NCBI GenBank assembly: GCA_046861385.1 | Contig: JBHHTW010000002.1 | Span: 1-64,000 of the forward strand | Source of the DNA: Fidelibacterota bacterium | GTDB taxonomy: Bacteria; Fidelibacterota; Marinisomatia; Marinisomatales; TCS55 | Length of the DNA: 64,000 nt | Reading direction: 5' to 3' | In this document: positions 58,173 to 64,000 of the stretch, piece by piece | How positions within the stretch are numbered: position 1 is the first letter of the stretch | Layout: each line of letters begins with the position of its first letter | Program-made: the position numbers and the translations under genes | Notes under the pieces: model-generated | Databases searched by the model: none | Told to the model about the DNA's origin: nothing | What the model saw: the letters and a program-made list of their open reading frames with translations, nothing else

Positions 58173-59198
58173 ATGGCTCGTTTTAGATTAATTAAAGCCC
58201 GACTTTTGTTGGGCTTTTTTATCATTCTGGGATATAATGGGTGTTCCAGTCCAACTAAAGAAATTTCTCTATCAGGCGAGACAATGGGAACTACTTATTC
58301 AATAAAGATCGTTCCTGTTAATAAAATTCATAAAGAAAGAATTCAACAAGATGTTGATTCAATTTTGGTTAATCTTAACAGACAAATGTCGACGTACATT
58401 CCCGGAAGTGAGATCAATCAATTCAATGCATATCTAGGAACGATGCCGTTTCAAATCTCTCCTGAGTTTTATCAAGTTGTCGAGCGTGCGTTTTATTGGA
58501 CACATCTGACTAATGGGGCCTTTGATATAGCCATCCTGCCTCTATCATCAACTTGGGGTTTCGGACCCAGGGGAATGAGTACATCTCCAACCGATCGTGA
58601 AATACAATCAGCCTTGAGAAGTTCAGGATATGAACAGTTAGTACTTCATTTATCGGGTATTCAAAAATTAAACCCAAATGTTCAACTGGACGTTAACGCG
58701 ATTGCAAAGGGGTTTGGTGTTGATGTTATCGCTTCGTATTTAACAGGAATAAGTATTTCAAATTATATGGTTGAGATTGGAGGTGAAGTTTATTGCAGTG
58801 GTGTTAATAGTAATGGTACCGTTTGGAATATTGGGATTGAATCACCAAATAAGTCTAATCGGGAATTATTGGGTATTGTTTATTTGAATAACCAGGCAAT
58901 TGCGACTTCGGGCGATTATAGAAATTTCCATTTATCCGACGAAAAGGTTATTTCACATGTTATTGACCCGCGGAGCGGTAAACCGGTAACAACCGTCCCA
59001 TCTGCTTCAGTGATTTCAGATCATTGTATGGATGCTGATGCTTTGGCCACCGCTCTTATGGTTATGGGAAAGGAAGATGGAATGGAGTTAATTGAATCCC
59101 TAGATAAAACAGAAGCGCTGATGGTCATTCGAAATGATGATGGCTCACTTGAAGAATTCATGAGCTCAGGGTTTGAATTAATAGCTAGTCAGGATTGA
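58173..59198 (+). CDS. apbE: FAD:protein FMN transferase ApbE (lipoprotein)
   Basis: Lipobox-like YNGC, TMGT, GAFDI, AKGFGVD, EIGGE, ATSGDYR, H.IDP, AD..ATA. Confidence 0.94.
   Translation: MARFRLIKARLLLGFFIILGYNGCSSPTKEISLSGETMGTTYSIKIVPVNKIHKERIQQDVDSILVNLNRQMSTYIPGSEINQFNAYLGTMPFQISPEFYQVVERAFYWTHLTNGAFDIAILPLSSTWGFGPRGMSTSPTDREIQSALRSSGYEQLVLHLSGIQKLNPNVQLDVNAIAKGFGVDVIASYLTGISISNYMVEIGGEVYCSGVNSNGTVWNIGIESPNKSNRELLGIVYLNNQAIATSGDYRNFHLSDEKVISHVIDPRSGKPVTTVPSASVISDHCMDADALATALMVMGKEDGMELIESLDKTEALMVIRNDDGSLEEFMSSGFELIASQD
58194..58220 (+). terminator. Intrinsic terminator-like hairpin after nqrF, inside the apbE 5' end
   Basis: AAAGCCCGAC-TTTT-GTTGGGCTTT (10-bp stem, one G-U pair) running into T6. 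Confidence 0.65.
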
Positions 59199-59385
59199 TA
59201 TCCTGGGACTCACACTTACCTGTATCTCCACCACATGTTGGGCATGCCATTTCAACGCCGTCAATGACAATTTTTCCACCTTTACCACCGCAGGAACCCT
59301 TGAGAGGTTTATTATTAAAAATTACACCGATAGCCATTGCGAATATCGCAAGGGCCAATACTCCAATACCAATAATAATTTCCAT
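59185..59385 (-). CDS. nqrM: Na+-NQR maturation factor NqrM (DUF539)
   Basis: Single TM then AMAIGV....P.KGSCGG and C..C....C; adjacent to apbE. Confidence 0.85.
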   Translation of the reverse strand: MEIIIGIGVLALAIFAMAIGVIFNNKPLKGSCGGKGGKIVIDGVEMACPTCGGDTGKCESQDINPD

Positions 59386-59512
59386 GCAAGAAATTACGCC
59401 AATTGATTAATTGAGTTCCAATCCATTCGCTTTTATTTCAATAAATATGTTAGATGTATTAAACTCTAGTCTATTATATTAACGGTACTGAACTTTTGAA
59501 TAAAGACGAATA

Positions 59513-60946
59513 ATGAAAATACAATCCTATAAAATCATAAAGATACTTATCTTTTTCAGCGGATTAATTACCACAGTATTTGGATCCGAGAACGCCCCCC
59601 ATGGTGCACCCCATCTTGATGGAAGTGTATTATCAATTATCTGGGTGATTCCATTTGTCGGTATCTTGTTGTCTATAGCACTTTTCCCATTAACTGCACC
59701 CCAATTCTGGCATCATCATTTTGGGAAAGTTTCATTATTTTGGGCAGCAGTATTTATCATTCCATTTCTTATCAAAGAAGGAGTAACGATTACTATTTAT
59801 GAATTACTTCACGTGGGATTACTGGAATACATTCCCTTTATTATTTTATTATTAGCTCTTTTCACGATTTCGGGAGGTGTCCGTTTAACCGGCACATTGG
59901 TGGGAAAACCGATTACCAATTTATCTCTCATTCTTATAGGTACCCTGTTTGCCAGCTGGATGGGGACGACCGGTGCTGCAATGCTATTAATTCGCCCGTT
60001 AATTCGAGCAAATGCAGATCGAGAACATAAAATTCATACAATCGTTTTTTTTATTTTTCTCGTTGCAAATATAGGAGGCTCATTAACCCCGCTTGGTGAT
60101 CCACCACTATTTTTGGGATTTTTAAAAGGAGTCGATTTTTTCTGGACAACATTTGCCATGATTAAACCCATGCTGGTCATGGTAGTGCTTTTATTAGCAA
60201 TATATTTTATATTGGATTCATATTTTTATCATCAAGAATATCCGATATCTGTTCCGGAAGAAACCCATAAAATTGGGTTAGAAGGGAAATTTAATCTTTT
60301 GTTATTACTGGGTGTAATATCATCTGTTCTGATGAGTGGTTTTTGGCATCCAGGGATTCACTTCACTGTGTTTTATGTTGATGTTGAATTGCAGAATTTG
60401 GCGAGGGATTTCCTTTTAATATGTTTGACAGTTATCAGCTGGAAAATGACCCCTAAATCCATCCGCGAAGCCAACGAGTATACATGGTTCCCCATCATTG
60501 AGGTGGCAAAATTATTTTCGTCTATTTTTGTAACCATTATTCCTGCGATAGCTATATTGAAGGCTGGAACCCATGGGGCGTTGTCTTCCGTTATTGACTC
60601 TGTTTCTCACGATGGAGAACCTGTAAATTATATGTACTTTTGGCTGACGGGAATATTATCCAGTTTTCTTGATAATGCACCCACGTATCTTGTATTTTTT
60701 AATACCGCAGGAGGAGATCCCTCAATATTAATGACGAGTCAACACAACACATTGCTTGCCATTTCAGCGGGGGCAGTATTTATGGGCGCTAATACTTATA
60801 TTGGAAATGCACCCAATTTTATGGTAAAGTCTATTGCCGAGTCTTCCGGAATTAAAATGCCAAGTTTCTTTGGATATTTAATTAAATATTCACTGCCTAT
60901 TTTATTTCCCCTTTACATTATTGTAACCTATATTTTCTTTGCATGA
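59513..60946 (+). CDS. Putative Na+/H+ antiporter (IT superfamily, DUF1646-like)
   Basis: GTTGAAMLLIRP, NIGG.LTPLGDPPLFLGFL, SSFLDNAPTY, GA.TYIGNAPNF. Confidence 0.8.
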   Translation: MKIQSYKIIKILIFFSGLITTVFGSENAPHGAPHLDGSVLSIIWVIPFVGILLSIALFPLTAPQFWHHHFGKVSLFWAAVFIIPFLIKEGVTITIYELLHVGLLEYIPFIILLLALFTISGGVRLTGTLVGKPITNLSLILIGTLFASWMGTTGAAMLLIRPLIRANADREHKIHTIVFFIFLVANIGGSLTPLGDPPLFLGFLKGVDFFWTTFAMIKPMLVMVVLLLAIYFILDSYFYHQEYPISVPEETHKIGLEGKFNLLLLLGVISSVLMSGFWHPGIHFTVFYVDVELQNLARDFLLICLTVISWKMTPKSIREANEYTWFPIIEVAKLFSSIFVTIIPAIAILKAGTHGALSSVIDSVSHDGEPVNYMYFWLTGILSSFLDNAPTYLVFFNTAGGDPSILMTSQHNTLLAISAGAVFMGANTYIGNAPNFMVKSIAESSGIKMPSFFGYLIKYSLPILFPLYIIVTYIFFA

Positions 60947-61485
60947 GAATTTCTAAGGTAACCACTCGCACAGGTGACAGGGGTGAAACCGGCTTGGGTG
61001 ATGGAAGTCGGGTTAAGAAAGATGATGCTCGTATTCAATGTCTTGGCGCCATCGATGAATTGAATTCTTTTATTGGATTTGGAAAAGTTGTGTTGAGAGA
61101 TAAGACGATTATTTCCTTTTTGGAAACTATTCAACAAGACTTATTTAATATTGGGGGCGAGTTATCTGTCCCTGGGAAAGAAATGACAGCAGTGGATGTT
61201 AATCGAATTGTGGAATTAGAGAGCAGTGTTTTGGAATGGAATGAGGATATCCCTCCATTGAAAGAATTTATTTTACCTGGTGGGACTGAAGCCTCTTCCA
61301 GAATGCATTTAGCGCGAACATCTGCCCGCAGAGCAGAAAGGAAACTGATCCAACTGCATAAATCAGAATCTGTAACGGATCATTGCATAATGTATTTTAA
61401 TAGATTATCAGATGTATTTTTTGTATTAGCTAGGAAACTTCAACGCGATGACGATGTTGATGAAAAACAATGGAAGCATGAATAA
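60943..61485 (+). CDS. PduO-type ATP:cob(I)alamin adenosyltransferase
   Basis: TRTGD.GET.L, G.IDELNS, FILPGG, RRAER, NRLSD..F. Confidence 0.93.
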   Translation: MRISKVTTRTGDRGETGLGDGSRVKKDDARIQCLGAIDELNSFIGFGKVVLRDKTIISFLETIQQDLFNIGGELSVPGKEMTAVDVNRIVELESSVLEWNEDIPPLKEFILPGGTEASSRMHLARTSARRAERKLIQLHKSESVTDHCIMYFNRLSDVFFVLARKLQRDDDVDEKQWKHE

Positions 61486-61551
61486 ACTTTCCTTCATGCG
61501 TTATTTACCTGAAATCGGCTAAATTCTCAGCTGTAAAAAATTGAAATTATA

Positions 61552-62547
61552 ATGAACTGGAACAAGGTAAATGAACTTATTAGTGGCGCAACTCGAATAT
61601 TGCTGACGTCACACGAAAATCCTGATGGAGACGGGTTAGGCTCTTCGTCTGCTTTGTATTATCATTTACTTGAGGAAGGGAAAGAATGTAAAATTATTAA
61701 TTATTCTGATTTTCCGGCAGAGTATTATTATTTGAATAAGGATCAAATATTTGAAACGTATCATTCCAATAAACATGATAAGTGGTTAAAAAACTGTGAT
61801 TTAGCAATTATTTTTGATGTTGGAGATTTTAACCGGCTGCGAAAGATTAAAGATATCATTGAAAAGTTCGGTATTAAAACTTTGAATATAGACCACCATC
61901 CACATCCAACCAATCATCCCTTTACAATCAATATAGTTGATACGAATGCCGCAGCCACCGGGTCGATGATTTATGAATATTTTCAGCAATTTAGACAAAG
62001 ACCGATTACAAAAAAAATCGGTGAAGGTATATACACTGCAGTAATGACTGATACGGGTTCATTTCGTTACTCCAATACGAATGAAGCGTGCCATGAAATA
62101 GCCATTGCTTGTTTGGCTGCCGGTGTGGATACGAGTAAAATCTACCAGAATGTTTATGAGTCAAAACCTCAGAGCAGTGTGCGATTATTGGCAAGGGTAA
62201 TTGATAATGTCAGGTTTGAGAATGATGGAATTTTTGCCTGGTTTACCATTGATAAATCAATGCTCGATTCTGTCGGTGCTACCTCAGCAGATGTTGACGG
62301 ATTTACTGATTTTGTACGTACGATCAAGGGAGTGGAAGTTTCAATGATGATTTTTGAAAACGGAGCTGACACTTGTAGATTAAATTTTCGTTCCAAAGGA
62401 ACCTATGCTGTAAACGACGTAGCGATTGCAATGGGTGGTGGTGGACATAAATTTGCAGCCGGGGCAATCGTACGGGGAAAAAAAGAAACTGTTATTCCTC
62501 AAGTCGTTGGTGCGGTCAAAGCATCATTGAGAAGGCAATCGGCTTGA
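61552..62547 (+). CDS. nrnA: DHH/DHHA1 oligoribonuclease/PAP phosphatase NrnA
   Basis: H.NPDGD, IDHH, TDTGSF, GGGGH..AAG. Confidence 0.9.
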   Translation: MNWNKVNELISGATRILLTSHENPDGDGLGSSSALYYHLLEEGKECKIINYSDFPAEYYYLNKDQIFETYHSNKHDKWLKNCDLAIIFDVGDFNRLRKIKDIIEKFGIKTLNIDHHPHPTNHPFTINIVDTNAAATGSMIYEYFQQFRQRPITKKIGEGIYTAVMTDTGSFRYSNTNEACHEIAIACLAAGVDTSKIYQNVYESKPQSSVRLLARVIDNVRFENDGIFAWFTIDKSMLDSVGATSADVDGFTDFVRTIKGVEVSMMIFENGADTCRLNFRSKGTYAVNDVAIAMGGGGHKFAAGAIVRGKKETVIPQVVGAVKASLRRQSA

Positions 62548-62548
62548 A

Positions 62549-63424
62549 ATGAAAATAATTATTGCTAAAGATGCAGGATATTGTTTTGGTGTTCGAGATG
62601 CTGTAAATCTGGCGTATGATACAGCACAAAATCATGGTGATGTATATATGCTAGGACACATTGTGCATAATGAAAATGTAGTTAAAAACCTTGATGAGGC
62701 TGGGGCAAAAGTAGTGCGTAAATTGAAAGATGTTCCTAATGAGAAGCCGATTTTATTCCGTGCCCATGGAACAGCCGCCGATGTTTGGGATAAAGCTCAC
62801 CAAAAGGAAATGAAAATCATTGATGCAACATGTCCACTTGTAAAAGAAATCCACGATGTCGTCAAAAATCTTGAAAAAGAAGGGCGGAACATTATTATTA
62901 TAGGAGATCACGGACACGATGAGGTGATCGGTATCGCCAGTCAAGTAGAAAATCCTATTGTCGTTGCAACTCCGGATGAAGCAAAGCAATTAAGAAAAAT
63001 GAAAAAGGCAGGAGTCGTCAGCCAGTCAACTCAAACTATTGAAAATGTTCAGGAAATTATTAATGTACTGATGACGAAAATATTTGACATAAACTTCGTG
63101 AATACAATATGTTTTCCAACAAAGCGAAATCAGCAGCAATTAAAAGATTTATCTGAAAAATGTGACGTAATGATTGTAATTGGTTCGTTTACAAGCGCAA
63201 ATTCGATGCGCTTGACCCAACTGGCAAAAGAGCGAAATGAGCGATCTTACCAAGTTACCTGTGCAGCGGATTTGGATCAAAATTGGTTTAACGATACGGA
63301 CGTTGTGGGTATTTCAGCTGGTGCCTCCACTCCAGATAATATTATTCACGAAGTCACCGAACGCATTAAAAGTTTTACGAAAACAATAGAAGAGGAATTG
63401 GTCTATGAGCAAAGGACAATTTGA
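62549..63424 (+). CDS. ispH: 4-hydroxy-3-methylbut-2-enyl diphosphate reductase
   Basis: GYCFGV, IVHN, AHG, DATCPLV, H.EV.G, TIC..T..Q, SAN, AGASTP. Confidence 0.96.
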   Translation: MKIIIAKDAGYCFGVRDAVNLAYDTAQNHGDVYMLGHIVHNENVVKNLDEAGAKVVRKLKDVPNEKPILFRAHGTAADVWDKAHQKEMKIIDATCPLVKEIHDVVKNLEKEGRNIIIIGDHGHDEVIGIASQVENPIVVATPDEAKQLRKMKKAGVVSQSTQTIENVQEIINVLMTKIFDINFVNTICFPTKRNQQQLKDLSEKCDVMIVIGSFTSANSMRLTQLAKERNERSYQVTCAADLDQNWFNDTDVVGISAGASTPDNIIHEVTERIKSFTKTIEEELVYEQRTI

Positions 63425-64000
63425 AGTAAATATAGGTTTAGCAGAAATGTTGAAAGGGGGCGTCATTATGGACGTCATGAACCCGAAGCAGGCTCGCATT
63501 GCTGAGGATGCCGGCGCTGTTGCCGTGATGGCACTGGAACGCATTCCAGCGTTGATTCGTGCTGAAGGCGGCATTTCCCGTATGAGTGATCCCAAAATGA
63601 TAAAGGATATTCAAAAAGAAGTATCCATCCCGGTGATGGCAAAAGTTCGTATCGGACATTTTGCAGAAGCCCAAATCTTGGAATCATTGGAAGTAGATTT
63701 CATTGATGAGAGCGAAGTTCTAACACCGGCAGATGAGCACAATCATATATGGAAACATGATTTTAAAGTACCGTTTGTATGCGGCTGCCGTGATTTGGGA
63801 GAAGCTTTGCGCCGCATTGGTGAAGGTGCCGCAATGATTCGAACGAAAGGTGAAGCCGGAAGTGGTAATATTGTGGAAGCGGTGCGTCACATGAGAAAAG
63901 TAATGGGTCAAATAAAAGAGTTAACAGTCATGAATCATGATTTACTAATGGCGCGAGCGAAAGAATTGGGTGCACCATTCAGTTTGGTTCAGCAGGTGGC
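63405..64000 (+). CDS. pdxS: Pyridoxal 5'-phosphate synthase lyase subunit PdxS (truncated by window end; absent from the ORF track)
   Basis: Manual translation [24 protein letters not shown]...AVMALER...RMSDP...[14 protein letters not shown]...[10 protein letters not shown]...RTKGEAG. Confidence 0.96.
   Translation, partial: MSKGQFEVNIGLAEMLKGGVIMDVMNPKQARIAEDAGAVAVMALERIPALIRAEGGISRMSDPKMIKDIQKEVSIPVMAKVRIGHFAEAQILESLEVDFIDESEVLTPADEHNHIWKHDFKVPFVCGCRDLGEALRRIGEGAAMIRTKGEAGSGNIVEAVRHMRKVMGQIKELTVMNHDLLMARAKELGAPFSLVQQV

Overview
AT-rich bacterial chromosomal window, probably FCB superphylum (Marinimicrobia/SAR406-like); the taxon is inferred from gene content and style, not from a search. 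In order: a Fur-box-controlled fur-feoA-feoB operon; pcrA/uvrD and mltG; cmk-rpsA-ybbR-tsaD-VWA; a Wzx/Wzy-type surface polysaccharide locus (ugd, rmlC, rmlB, wza-like, HTH-fused Wzz-like, wzy, wzx, glycosyltransferases, wzi, wcaJ-like); serS, plsC, DUF2851, mltD, HU, an uncalled 31-aa bS22-like ribosomal protein, an S1/P1-PLC protein, xseAB and nadK; a minus-strand accessory block (cupins, a frameshifted Cys-rich gene, RNase H-like exonuclease, CoA-binding protein, proline dehydrogenase); a REP/REPIN-like hairpin cluster; then a ~19 kb respiratory cluster in which an 11-subunit complex I (nuoABCDHIJKLMN, no nuoEFG; NuoC has a duplicated, strongly conserved basic N-terminal module) runs straight into nqrABCDEF-apbE, an inverted nqrM and a putative Na+/H+ antiporter; finally pduO-like, nrnA, ispH and a partial pdxS. 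No rRNA, tRNA, CRISPR array or transposase was seen. Best novelty candidates: the nuo11-nqr cluster with its NuoC repeat, and the wHTH-Wzz fusion.
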